A DNA stretch of 60,827 nucleotides, filler included, from Basidioascus undulatus (lineage: Eukaryota), in NCBI GenBank assembly GCA_000826855.1. It is 7 parts of 7 records of this genome, joined end to end, with 100 filler letters (N's around TTAATTAATTAA, not from the genome) between each part and the next. Parts side by side here need not be neighbours in the genome. Positions count along the whole stretch, not along the records: positions 1 to 5,657 come from JTLS01001898.1; positions 5,758 to 11,412 come from JTLS01001899.1; positions 11,513 to 37,886 come from JTLS01000190.1; 4 more parts are not named here. One strand, given 5' to 3'. This document shows positions 1 to 12,290 of the stretch, piece after piece. The notes beneath the pieces are model-generated. The model did not search any database and was not told the DNA's origin. It worked only from the letters and a program-made list of their open reading frames with translations. The number at the start of each line of letters is the position of its first letter. Position 1 is the first letter of the stretch. The position numbers and the translations under genes are program-made.

Positions 1-1686
1 ACCCCCACACCACCGACCCCGCCGCCCGCACCCGCGCCCGCCGTCGTCGAAGGCTCGGACGAGGACGAGGAGGACGCGCTCCCCCCGCCGACCAAACGCG
101 CGTGCAGATCGGACCCGTCCGAGAGCCAGGCTGTCAGTCGGAAACGCCGCGTGCCGGGCTCTGAGGACGAGGACGACGAGCCGCCAGCGGACGAGTCGGC
201 GAAGGATGGCGCTGCGGCGGGCCCGCCGTCGGATGTCGAGATGGCTCACCTGTCGCCGAAGAAGAAGACCAAGTCGGTCCTCAAGATAACGCTTCCTAAC
301 CCCAAGCGCAAGCAGCCGGAGAAGGCGCCCGCTCCGCAGGACGAGGAGGAGGGACCCGAGCCGGAAGGGCTCATGCTTCCCGTGCGTTCCTCTTCTGCTT
401 TCACGTTTGTTGGGTGGCGGGTGCTGATGGGGGCATTCCGATACAGCCTGAGCCGGCGGTGCGTGCAAGTCGCTCCCGCTCAGCATCGATCAAGTCCTCC
501 TCGCTCTTGCCCGAGAAGTCGTCCACGCCCAAGGCCCGGAGCTCGTTCTCTCCTTCCAAGGTGCTTTCTCTTCCATGCTCCTCCGCACGATGCAAGCAGA
601 GCTGACGGAACCGGCGCTGTTGTACGACAGCCTTCCGCAACGACCAGCGGCCGCGCCACGCGCTCGCGCTCACGCTCGCTCAGCCAGGGGGATGTGTTCG
701 CTGCGCCTGTGCCCGAGGGGGAGCCTGAGGCGGACGACGAGGATGAGGAGGACGAGCAGCCGGTGAAGAAGGGCAAGGCGAAGGCGAAGGGGAAGGCGAA
801 AGGCGGGAAGAAGAATCCGGTCGTCGAATCCGTGGACGAGGTGGATGAGGAGCCGCCCCTGCCCTCGCCGTCCAAGGGCAAGGGCAAGGGCAAGGGCAAG
901 GCGCGGGCGACGCCTGAGGAGGAGGCCCCCGAGCCGGAGGGCGAGAAAGAGGAGGAGGAAAGGGAGGCCGGAAGGGTCAAGGTGCGTTACCTCGCGTCAC
1001 CTCCTCGTCGTCGCCTCTCCCGAGCTACTCTCTGACTGACTATTTGCGGTGCGCCTGACAGGAGAACCTCGAGCCGAGCCGCGCATCCGAATCGCAATCG
1101 TCCGGACCAAGCAAATCCACCACGCGCCCTCCGTCCGTCAAGCTCAACGCGCACACGCCGTTCTCGCGCTCCGGCACGCCCTCGCGAGGTGCGTCTTCCC
1201 TCTTTCATCTCTCCCAGCCTCCCTCCCCACCTTCTCTCCCACCTCCCGCCTAACCCAACTCATCTCCCCCCTCCTCTGCATACCCCCGACTGCCGACCAC
1301 GACAGATCGCTCCGCCCCCCTCGCCTCCATCCTAACGAAGCACGGCAACGGCGTGCGCCGCCCGGGCCTAAGCAAGGCGCAGCGCATCCCGCCGCTGCTC
1401 AAGATCCGTGGGGACGTCGTCGGCCAGCGCAAGGTCATCAAGGAGAAGCCGAGGAAGAAGAAGAACGACTCGGACGACCAGCTCAGGTGCGTCCGCCTTT
1501 TCGCAGGCAGTTTCGATTCGTTGGAGGACAGGGCAACGCAGCTGATTCGGGTGAACAATAGCGAGGGGGAGCTGAAGGCGAAGTACGCGAAGAAACCGAA
1601 GTACGTCTACGAACCTATTTGCCGGGGCGAACGAGGCATCGCTGATCGTTCACTTCAGGTTCGAATACGACAACGGCTACGTGTGA
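1..1686 (+). CDS. 3' part of a multi-exon, low-complexity acidic/Lys-rich (probably nuclear) protein; 5' truncated
   Basis: GTGCGT..AG introns join the frames into ...ENLEPSRASESQ...DRSAPLASILTKHGNGVRRPGLSKAQRIPPLLKIRG...KPKFEYDNGYV, stop TGA at 1684-1686. Confidence 0.6.
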
Positions 1687-1984
1687 AGGCTTTCCTCGTG
1701 CTCCTTCGTCGTTTTGCTCTTCCGGTTACGGCTTGCGACACGATGTATCCAGCCTTCGTTCGATAGTTCGATGAACCGATCTTTCTTGCGCCATGTTCTC
1801 GGGACAAACAAGAACTGGAAGTGTCTCGCCATTCAGTGGGGAATACTACTCGCCACGTCGTTCATATTGCTGGGGACTCCTTCACTCTGTTATGCATATA
1901 CATGTCAGCACGATTTGAATGTGGGCCTGGGAGGCAGACGCGGTGTAAACGTCAAGACGCTTATCAGCACGCCCATTGTACACT

Positions 1985-4000
1985 TCAATCGCCCCATGCG
2001 GGAGAAGAAGCAAACTGGTCTGAGAGGACATGGTACAGTGCAGGCGAAGTAGGGAAAGGGGGGCTAGTGTGATAAGCAGCATCAGGCGGCTTCAAATTCT
2101 TGTCGCTCGAAAAACTCAGGTTCATTGGTTCCAAGCTGATCTCGTCTTCGGCTTTCGCCCTAAGAGAACCGTTGCCGTGCTGTATCGCGTGAGTATGGGA
2201 GATGGTCAGTTGACACGAAATGGTGCGGGCACTCACAAGTTGTTCATTTGAAGAGCTTCAGCGCCTGAAAGACATATAGTAAGCATCCTTGTAAGGTGAA
2301 GACTCGTGGCACAGTAGTCACCGCCCGGCCGCCGTCGAGGCGACAGAGATTCAGTGGCACCGTATACGGGGTGGGACGTATTTCCAGGAGAGTTGAACTT
2401 AGAATGAGCTGGAGAATCGTAAGATTGAAGGATACCGGAAGAGACGAACAGCGCATGCTTACAAATGGCTGGCGGGCTCGTCGGAAATCTTCGATGCATT
2501 ATTGCTCGGGTAACTGCAGTCGTGCTAGGAACAGCCGGACACATCAGTCTAGACCGACTTCGTCTCTTGAGAAATTTGTAGTACTCACCCGATGGCGAAG
2601 GCGGGAACGCCTGCTATATATTGCATGATGTTAGGGAAGCCGGCGGTATTGAAGGCAATCTGCACCCGAAGACAATATTTCAGTACGCATACTCTAGACC
2701 TTCTTCTGACTTGAACCCGAACGAACAGCCTACCTGAAAGCTGTAGACGAACACAAGAGTTGTTGAAGAGTGCTCTGATGTCCAGCAATGCGATACAAAA
2801 GCCAAAGTTTAGTCATGCTCAAGACAAGGGTCTGTATTCAGAATCGATCACCATAGTCTATTAGCCTCAGAAAATGACACAGGCTGACGAGGCTGTCGTA
2901 GCAGAGCTGTGGAAGCGCGGACGACTTGTTTAGTTAGCTGCACCTCCCCGACATGGGATCGAATTTGCCTCACTGATTAAGGGGTAGAATCCGTTTCAAT
3001 ATTGTTAGAATAATAACCAACGTGTGTCATGAGGCTTACTATAGATCTTGGAAAACCTGCAGGCCATGGAAAAGGAATGAGACCGGGCATGTCCGTACCC
3101 TCTCGCCCATGTAGATGAACGCACCATCCGTCATCAGGCCGCTCTACCGCACAGCCTACATTCTCAACATACTATGTCTTAACCGTCCAATAGTCTGCCG
3201 GAGCACGCCATAAGCGCTTCGTCTTTGATGTTTGCGAGGTAAAGAGGGGGTGCGCACTCTTGATCCACATTGCCTTAAGTGCTCCTTCGGTAAGTCATGA
3301 TGCAAAGCAAGGTAATCATTGTAGTTCAAACACACAAATTGTGCGGCAGAAAAGCAGGCGAAGACTGCGTAAATGTAGAGGTTGGCTCCCCACTGAGCGA
3401 CGCAGCTGACCACCGTTTTGGTTGGGGCATCAGTGGATGCAGGAGTTTGTTATCAGGACAGGCCAACAGCACTCACCGAATTGCCAGTACGCCGCTGATG
3501 CAAGTACTGCTGATAGAGGAGAGATCTGATGGCAACAATCTTAGCCGGGGAAGCAGTGGAGAAATAACAATGGCAGCAGGTTTGCTCCCGAACAACGAGA
3601 GAAGCAGAGGGCGGCATTTAACATTCGTTGTGAGTTGTGTCATCATGTTCTTGTAAAAACTGCATGGAGGGAACGTAGGGTGAGCAGGCAATAGAAACCT
3701 GGCTCATGGATACTCCCTAGATACTCCCTACCAGCAGATTCTGGCAAGAAAAACTGCGGGCGCGCGTATCCGTCAGCACCTGCGTTTCGCGCACAGCAGA
3801 ACTAACGACTGCACTCACACACATCCATCGCCACTTGAAAGGTCGCTTCCCCTGTATCACGCTGAAGTCGAACGGAAAGGTAACAAAAGCTGCTGACGGC
3901 TTAGCGAAGGGAGTGAGACTCACTCTCCCACACGAGAAGGCCCGTGAATACACACTGTCGCAAGGTGTTAGCACCATCAACAAGGTCTGTTCGTGAGCCG
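1985..4000 (-). CDS. Multi-exon polytopic membrane protein, basidiomycete DUF6533-like/GPCR-like 7TM type; boundaries approximate
   Basis: Minus-strand donors (GTGAGT near 3475, 2587 and 2236) flank hydrophobic exons: CISGVLAIR, CVAQWGANLYIYAVFACFSAAQFVCL, LCYDSL/TLVLSMTKLWLLYR..STLQQLL and NIMQYIAGVPAFAIG. Confidence 0.4.
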
Positions 4001-5202
4001 TGTCCCAACTGTATAGCCTTCATTGCCTCGGCACTAACTTGTGAGATACGCGTGTACAGGCGAACGACGTGAATCTACGCACCCGCAATAGTCTCGGTGC
4101 GGGTTGGATCGTTCCACCATTCACTGTGACCATAATGCCGCGGGAGGGGGAACCGTCTCAGAATATAAAAAATCTTCAAGGTCAGGAGAGAGAGCAAAAG
4201 AGAGTCCTTAACAAGCTGAAGATAGCGAGGCTCTTCCGACTCAGGCCGCATGAAAGTGCGGGAATCTGTGAGGAATTAGATCAACTGATGCCGAGTGATT
4301 CCCATCTTTACGCAATCTGGAACCGTTACGAACAGATGGGCTTGGACCGAAAGATATTCAGCGGATTCGCATCTGACCATAGCAGACTCGTGTGAGCACG
4401 AATGCATCGGAATGACCTGTAGCCACTACGAAAACGTTCATGATTCTTGCATATTTTATTCGAAATTGGGGCCATCGACTCACCTGATAAAGGGGTTTAC
4501 ATATGGCGGGTGGAAGGCGGCGGACACGGTGCGCACTGTATGCCGCTTCCTGGCGCTGCTGAAAGAAATGCGGAGGTGCATCGTGTATTGCGCAAACTCC
4601 GAGAAGTTCTCCGCAACCACTTCTCCTTTCTTCGACCTTAAACGTGTGCGTGTGAACGCGGCTGCGCAGGGCAGACCATTCATTTCGTGGGTGGGAATTG
4701 CAGAGTGAATTTTCTCCAGCAGCGCTCTCAGACGGCGGTTCTTTTGTGCTGACCTGCCCGCTGCAGGTGAAAAACACTCCACTTCCCTGGACCACCTCGC
4801 GCCTGGCGGAGAGTCCCTAACCGACACGTCTATTCTGCCCGTCAAGCACCACCCGAAGGATACTTGCCTTTTGGCATGACCCGGAGCGGGCGGACTGCAA
4901 TTCAACAGGCGCAGGCTGCACTAGCACAGTCCATGTATTTACTTTCACGCAACAGATTCAATGATCCCCAGCCTGTAACAGGCTATACCGCCCCTTCCAT
5001 GGCCCAGAAAAAAAGAAAGGGGCGAGATCGGAGCGGCGCGAGGTGAGGATACATTCCGACCTGAGTCTTGCGGACACTCAACCATGTGGCGGAGCAGGAA
5101 GCAAAGCTGTCCACCTGATGACCGGCAGAAATGTATCATCAAGTGTCGAGCGACTGTTGCTGTCTGCGGGGCTGGGCTCTTTTCAAAGCCCTTTCAATAA
5201 TA

Positions 5203-5657
5203 TCACGTCCCGCCCAGCACATCCACGCACCCCAAGCTGAGCGTCCCACCCCTCGCCAAGCGCTCCTTCTGCGCCTGTACGCGCTCATCGCTCTCTTTCT
5301 GCTCGAGGGGCGCGAGCGTCGTCCCCCCGTGCAAAAGCTCAGGTGCTTTGGCCTTCTTCTTAACCTTCACACGCCCATCCTCCCTGCTCGACGCGCCGTC
5401 CTCCGGCGCCGTCTGACGCAGCATCGCCATGGCTGCGAAGCGGGGCGTGCCGGGCGCGCGCGAGATGTGGGGGCGCTTGTCGGGGCGGGAGGAGGGGTGC
5501 GAAGAGGACGAGGTCGTGCTTCGGCTAGCGTCGGCGGTGGAGCGCTTGTCGGCGGACGGACCAGATGGGGTGGAGGTGGTGAAGCGCGCGCGTTTGTCGG
5601 GAAGGGGTGGGGCTGCGTCGTCTGGCTCGCGCGAGACGGAGCGCTTGCGTGTGGAGG
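5203..5657 (-). CDS. 3' end of a hypothetical protein, truncated by the contig edge
   Basis: Open frame STRKRSVSREPDDAAPPLPDKRARF...KERLARGGTLSLGCVDVLGGT* with coding-like GC3 bias. Confidence 0.4.
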
Positions 5658-5757
5658 NNNNNNNNNNNNNNNNNNNNNNNNNNNNNNNNNNNNNNNNNNN
5701 NTTAATTAATTAANNNNNNNNNNNNNNNNNNNNNNNNNNNNNNNNNNNNNNNNNNNN
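5658..5757. other. Artificial contig spacer (N44-TTAATTAATTAA-N44)
   Basis: 100-nt N-run with a six-frame stop cassette, identical at six places. Confidence 0.99.
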
Positions 5758-5879
5758 CCGCTGCGGGCAAGTGCCTCGTTGCACATGCACACTTTCTCAT
5801 CTCCACTTTCTTTCCTCCTCCACCACCACCACCGCCTCCCGCCGCGGCATCCTCTTCTCATATCGACATCTCCGCCCCG

Positions 5880-7197
5880 ATGCCCCTCACTGAGACCCCC
5901 GCGCTTAAGGCGAACGCGGATCTCCGAAAGCGGCGGAGCAGTTTGGGGAGGCGAGGGAAGCGCAGCGGGAGCTGGAGGCGCGAGGGGGGCGTGCCTGGTG
6001 CGTTCTCAACTTCTTCCCATCTCTTCTTACTCCGACAACTAACATGCTCGGCCGTCTTCCACTCAGTTGCGCCCCATCCCGACGTAAACTCCTACGAGTT
6101 CTGCCGACACATTGACGAAGAGCTTCCCGACCCGCTCCGCTACCGCACGCTCTTCGAATGGTGTCGCGGACGAGCATGCGTTCCCACCCGTCCACCCTCC
6201 AAATCAAAGTCCAAATCAAAATCAAAATCAAAACCCGACAACGGTCACGACGCGGACGAAGACGACCCGGAGACGATCGCCGCTGCGCTCGCGAACTCGG
6301 ACGTCGTCAAGGCGGCGGAGGCGATCGTGGAGGAGTGGGCGCGCCGGATCGCTATGGACGGCGTGCCTTGGCACGGGGGGGAGGAGGCGGATGAGCGGTC
6401 CGTCCACCGCAAGCCGAATCCCGAGAACGAGAAGTACGAGCGGTTGATAAAGAACGCGGAGGAGACGGTCGAGCGGTGCGTTCCTTTCCCCCACAATGAC
6501 GCATCCGCTTTCTCCACCTTGCATAGCTGGCCGGAAGCTGATTAAGTCGGGCTTGAAATTGCAGGTTACGAGCGGAAGACGCGCGATGGACGTCCCTCAA
6601 GACGGAAGCGGCCGCTGCGCAGGCCGCCTCGCTCGCAGCGCTCGAGAACCCGCCCACGGCTGCGCCAGCCCTCGACCCGTCTGAGCTGCCCGAGGCGCTG
6701 CGGGAGGCGGGCGCGAAGGTGTGCGCATGGGAGGAGGAGGACCTGGACGAGAACGAGCGGCGATGGGACGGCGAGGTGGGCGAGGTGCAGAGCATGGTGC
6801 GTCTGTTCTCCCTGCTTCTTTTTTCTTTCTTCCTTTGGTGCAGGTGCAAGCAGCTGACGTGATATGGTTAAACGTGATGTGGAATCATTGGAACAAATAG
6901 ATCGATGCCCTGCACCAAACCTCGCACCAGTCCACGCAGTTCGCGTCTCTCGCCGACTCCTACACGCGCGCGTCCATGGCGCACTTTGCGGCCCTCCTGC
7001 GCGCGCGCGCCCGCACGGGCACGACGACCCCGACGTCGGCCTCGCAGGCCGAGTCGGCGCGCGCGGCGGGGCTGGACGTGGGTGCCCTGCGCGCTGCGAC
7101 GGGCGCGGAGAGCGCGCGGGAGGAGGACGCGTGGGGCGTTCTGAGGGCGCTTGCTTCGGGCCCCGGATCGGAGGAGGAGCCGAGAGGGAGCGGTTGA
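5880..7197 (+). CDS. DSN1: Kinetochore Mis12-complex subunit Dsn1/Mis13 (N-terminus possibly truncated)
   Basis: ETPALKANADLRKRRSSLGRRGKRSGS (Aurora B site region), then PHPDVNSYEFCRHIDEELPDPLRYRTLFEWC and KPNPENEK coiled coil; several GTGCGT introns. Confidence 0.8.
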
Positions 7198-7702
7198 TTC
7201 GGGATGGAGTTCTTTGTTCATTTCTTTGGGTTAGGTGGCGGGTTTGTTTTCCACGTTTCTGTTTGATTGGGGTTCCGTAAAAGGGTTGTTGTTGTGAGAG
7301 TAATGATTACTGCTTTCGAGGGCTTTGCTTGGAGCGTGCATCGGATATTGTATGCTACCGTGCTACCATGGTTTCGTGGTCTCGTAACTTGCTTTCGATA
7401 GTTCGGACTTTTGAATATCAAGATCTCGAGCGAGTACTGCGAAACTAGCGCGGCCGCATCATGGACGGATTGTGACGCAGCGCGCGACAACGAAGCCTCA
7501 GTTTGTGACTCATCAGCGTACTTAATGCACAGGGCTTGAAAGCGTCGATGTGGACCTGTTTTGATGGCTGCCCACTGCATTACTGAACAACCAAATCCCA
7601 AGATTACAAGACATCAATCCTAGCCCCTCTTCTTCCTCTTTTCTATGTTGTCTAACCGCTAGATCTACATGATGTCCGGTGTCCGTCCACACAACCCCAA
7701 CT

Positions 7703-10640
7703 CTAAGAATTGTCCGCGCAGCTGAATGGAGACCCGACTTGACCAGCATTGAATCTGGACAGAGGGCGACACAGCGGTGAGGCTCTGTCCGACACGACAC
7801 GAGAAAGAGAAGCGCAACGCACTGGTCGCGGATCGAGATGGCCGCTGCGTACGCGCCGGCACCTGCCATGCCCCAGCGTCCGCTGTGTGAGCGGAAAGAA
7901 CGAATTGGCCCAGAAAAAGGAAGCAAGGAAGCACGCACCCATGATCAGCCCTCCGATGAGGACCATCGCGACGTTGAGGCAGTAGAGGAGCTTGTAGGAG
8001 AGGTTAGTCGGCCCGCCGCGCGCAAGCTTAGGGTGGTTGTCGAAGAGCCACATTACCTACGCGTGTGGGTCTGTCTGTAAGTTGCGCTGTGGGGTAGCTG
8101 GGAGGGCTTAGAGAAGGTAACGTACGCCCAACAAGCCTATGCAGAATACGGAGGCGAAGATCGCGCCGATTAGGCCGAGCAGGCTTCATGCGGACCGAGA
8201 TCAGCTTCAGCGCTGAGCAGCCATCTGTCAGCAGGTAGGAAAGAGCACCTTCCGAAGAACGGCACGGCGCATGCGACAATGAATGAAAGGATCGCGCAGC
8301 CGATCACGCTTGTGCTGAGACGGGGTACACATACACGTCAGCCAGGGCGAGTAAGTGAGGCGCAAGGGGGAGGAGGAAACCGGCGCACAGCCAGGCGATC
8401 CAGTGGATGGGCGTGTTGCTCTGCAGGTGCCGCGTGTTGCGCATGGTGCGCACGAAGATGTACTTGGCGGCGACCTGTTGCCGTGCAGGTGGTGGCGGAT
8501 AGCTGGCGTGAGCGTGGTACAGACGGGGGTGGAAGAGGGGAGATGGGGCAGACGTACGTGCGTGACGATCACAGCCGTCGCAAGCAGACCGGGGATCGCA
8601 ATGCCGTATGCGATCTGCATTTGAGCAAAACGTTAGCAGGTCAGAGTTGAATGCATCAGTTCTCCGGGCGCGGCGCACCTTTTTGATTAACTCGCCCGCC
8701 GACCCGAGCGCGGGCGACGCGACGTACTGCCCGCAGTAGCTGTGTCCGCCACACATCTCTCTTCAAGTCAATTCACCTCCCAAGAGCCCAAGGTTCCAAG
8801 GCATTAGTAGGAAGTAAAGGGACCCGGGAGCACACGCACTAGTACACAACGATCCCCACGGCGATGTAAAAGATCGTGACAAAGCTCTGGCAGAATAGCA
8901 TCGACTTTGTGAACTCTTCCGGGTTGCGCATCTCGGCGATGACTGGAGCAGATATGTCAGTCTCACTCATACTTTCGAGAACGGAAGCCGACGTGTATGT
9001 CGATTGGTAGACTTACTGGAGAAGAACGCCTGGGTGTGTGCGACAGCTCGGCAGTCAGAGGAATATGGTTCAGTGCGGCTACGTGCATTGAGATCGTACA
9101 GGCTAAGCGAAAAGCGGTATATCAGCGGTCAAGGCGCAGTAAAGGAGAAAAATTCAGCAGCGCACAGTGCCAGCGTAAGCGAACAGCCTGCGGGACAGCC
9201 ACGCAACCCAATAGTCAGTCGCAGCCCCACTTTCGCAATAATCCCAGGCGAAAGGGTTCATACAAATTCACGATAGCCAGGAATGCTTCAGCAAACGACG
9301 GGCTGTTGAAAGCGCCTACAGTATAGCATTGCCCATCAGGGACGGTGACGCGTGGAATTGCGGGTGTGAATGGCAACGCACGGACTTCCTTGTCGAACGG
9401 CCCTGTGGCGGGCGCCGCTGCCGGCCGGTCGGTCACGCCCACTGCGATAGTGACGATAAGGACGGCGATGCTGTGTGATGTGTGGCTCTTTCAGCGGGGT
9501 GTGATGGAGGCTGAGGAGGAGGGGAGGGGACAGACACGATAGCTGGGACGCCGACCCATCCTGTGCGACGGAAAGCGGGTTCAGAGAATAGCGCGATGAT
9601 GAGGGAGAGGGGCGGAGGGAGGGGGGAGGATGACGCACCCAGCCAGGAGATGCGCTCGAACGTCCGGAAGCTCGCGATGAGGATGCTTGCGATCGCGGCG
9701 ACGGCGACGAAACTTTGGAGGAAGGTATCATGATGAGTGGGGAGGAAGCTTGAAAGAATAGTGAGTGAAACACTGACACGATCGTGCACGTCCCGTGCTC
9801 AGAAATGACGTTCAGCGCGATGGACAGCGAGAGCATCGCCGAGCCGGCGACGAAGACCTGCAGTAGGTATGCGTTAGCACTTCGCTGTCCCATTCATGCG
9901 TATGTGAAAGAGCGCGACCATGTAGACGTAGTAGCTGCGGGCGCGAAGGTGTATTAAGTAGAGGACGGACGGACGGATGGGAGGCAGAGGAAGACGCACA
10001 AGAACCCCAAAAACTCCCTGCCCAGCGGGCCGGCGAGGACGAACCCCACGTCGGCGACGTTGTGCACGGAGCGGTGCCGCATCCGAAACTGGTGCAGGAC
10101 GTGGTTGCCATCTGGGTGAAGAGGTGTGAAGAGTGAGCTACGTGAGAGATGTGGTGATGGAAGAGGGAAGAGGGGGAGGGAGGCGGGCGCACAGGTCGTG
10201 AGACATGCGAGAACGAGGAGGATAATTATGCCTGGGACTGCGCCGAGGGAGTGCAGCGCTGAGGGGATGGAGAGGATTCCGAGCCCGAACTGAGGGAGTG
10301 TAGTTCGTCATTTAGTCACACTGCCAAGTCAGAGCTGCGCACCTGCGTCTTCGTACACAGAACCGCTGCCGCGCCATTCCACTCCTTTTTAAGCCCCTCC
10401 TCTCACCACGCATCCGAATGATCCAAGCTCACCGGCGTGCACCCAGCTCATCGTCCGATACTCGGGCATGCCCTCCTGCGGCGTGGCCTGGAAGACCTCG
10501 TCCGCCTCGGCGGGCGCATCGAGGAGGTCGGTCCGCTTTCCCAGGCCCGCGCCCTCCTCGTATGGCGGCGGGGCGGCCGCGGGCTTCGAGCCAAGCTTGA
10601 AACCCTTCTCTGAGTCGGTCGTGGAGGACGCGGCGGTCAT
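7703..10640 (-). CDS. Neutral amino acid permease (Aa_trans/Mtr family), many short exons
   Basis: YRTMSWVHAG, KTQFGLGILSIPSALHSLGAVPG, FVAGSAMLSLSIALNVISEHGTCT, QIAYGIAIPGL and C-terminal FSCADNS* typical of fungal Mtr-like permeases. Confidence 0.9.
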
Positions 10641-10949
10641 GGTGGTCGTGGAAAGGGAGACGGAGTCCGAGTGATCGGACAGGGAGCGTGGGTATTAGGG
10701 CCGCTCGCCTCTAGCTTCGTCCGTCCGCCCAGGTGGGTATATGTCGAGTCAGAAGAATAAGAAGAACCAAGATTCTGTTCCGCCAAGCCAAAAGCGAGAA
10801 TGTGGTTCGAAGTCATCCATCCCCGCATCAGTGAGCCATTTTTTTTGGACAAGCAGGGATGGCACAGGGACCACCGCTTTGGGCCCGGTCCGCTGGTAGC
10901 CTACGCGTCGCCAACGCGACCCCTTGCCTTCCGACCATCGACAACTGCC

Positions 10950-11412
10950 ATGGCCACTGCGCTCCTCCCCACCCGCGCAGAGATTGCGTCCTATCCGGTC
11001 CTATTCACTTGGGCGGAGCTGAAGGACATTATCCGTGCGTGGTGCCCGCGGCCTTCCCCACCCGCGGTCGTGCTGACTGGTGTGGACACAGGACGCGGGT
11101 AAGTGGGCGTGGGCTGTCTGTGGGGAATGGAAAAGAGATGCTCAGACGACAGAGGGCGGATGAAGGGATTTGGGAGCACTCAAGCGCCATCCGGACTTTG
11201 AGAAGCGCTATCAGGAATGGAGGAAGGAGGCGATCGCCGAGCATGGGTCGATGGGTGCGTCCACAATCACCTCACCTCCTTCCACCCCTTCATAGCAAAC
11301 ATGAGTAGCTGAACGGGCCCGCTCCTCAGAGGCGTACATTGTCAAGCACCGTCTAGGGTGGGACCTGTCTTCGCCCTGCGCGCTCCCTACGCTCCCCACC
11401 TCCTCCTCCTCC
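10950..11412 (+). CDS. DUF3605 (Gig1/YPL067C-like) protein, 5' part
   Basis: MATALLPTRAEIASYPVLFTWAELKDII..EGDLGALKRHPDFEKRYQEW...YIVKHRLGW; truncated at the contig edge. Confidence 0.65.
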
Positions 11413-11512
11413 NNNNNNNNNNNNNNNNNNNNNNNNNNNNNNNNNNNNNNNNNNNNTTAATTAATTAANNNNNNNNNNNNNNNNNNNNNNNNNNNNNNNN
11501 NNNNNNNNNNNN
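11413..11512. other. Artificial contig spacer
   Basis: N44-TTAATTAATTAA-N44. Confidence 0.99.
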
Positions 11513-12290
11513 CAGGAAGTGCTGATTTGGCGGAGGGGAGGGAAGGAGGATGCATGCTTGGATAGCCATATGCTGGATGGGAATACTGTGAGGGAGTGAC
11601 TGAGATCAAAGTCTGCGTACGCGCCCTGCTTCGCTTTAGCTGGGTTGGCGGGGAAGACCCTCTCCCCCGAAAGTACGGCCTTTGTCTCCTGGTGGTGGTA
11701 AGGCACTGCGCGTGCTCGCGCGACGAAATTACACTAGCCCGGTATGTAGGTAGGGAACAGCCACGCACGCCGTTCATGCCTTCGCCTTACAGCCCTTCGC
11801 AGTTTCGCTCTGCAGCTCGGTCGGGTTTCTTTCCTTTACCCCAACCCAACTCAGCCCGGTGCGTGCTCAGCACCCAACAGACACACCATTCGGCAAGGGC
11901 GCAGGCGCATGCGTCCCGTCCGTCATTCAACGTCTTCGCCCGCATACTTGCCGCACTCTTCCGACGGGCGGGGGTATGTTGTCTGCCGTATCGCACCTGG
12001 CTCCTCAGCCTCAAGTCTTCAGTCCTTGGAAGATCTGCTTCGCGAAGCACGGGTGAAGCAAGGGCTGGCCCTGCCTGTATGGTCCGAGGAGGACGCCAGA
12101 TGTCTGGAACAGGAGAAAGAAGAGGTCGTAGCAAGCAGCAGACCGTGGTCGGCAGGCAGGATGTGCTCGAGGTTCAGGTCACGTCCTGACCATGCTGCAC
12201 GAGTAACAAACTTGGTGAAGAAAGTAAATGCTATGCAATGCAAGCCAATCCGTTCCGATACCGTCCACCTCAACTCCACCCCCTCAGCCC

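Noticed and set aside
4069..5100. Possible plus-strand gene (MPREGEPSQNIK...)
   Set aside because: I could not build a consistent spliced model or recognise a family.
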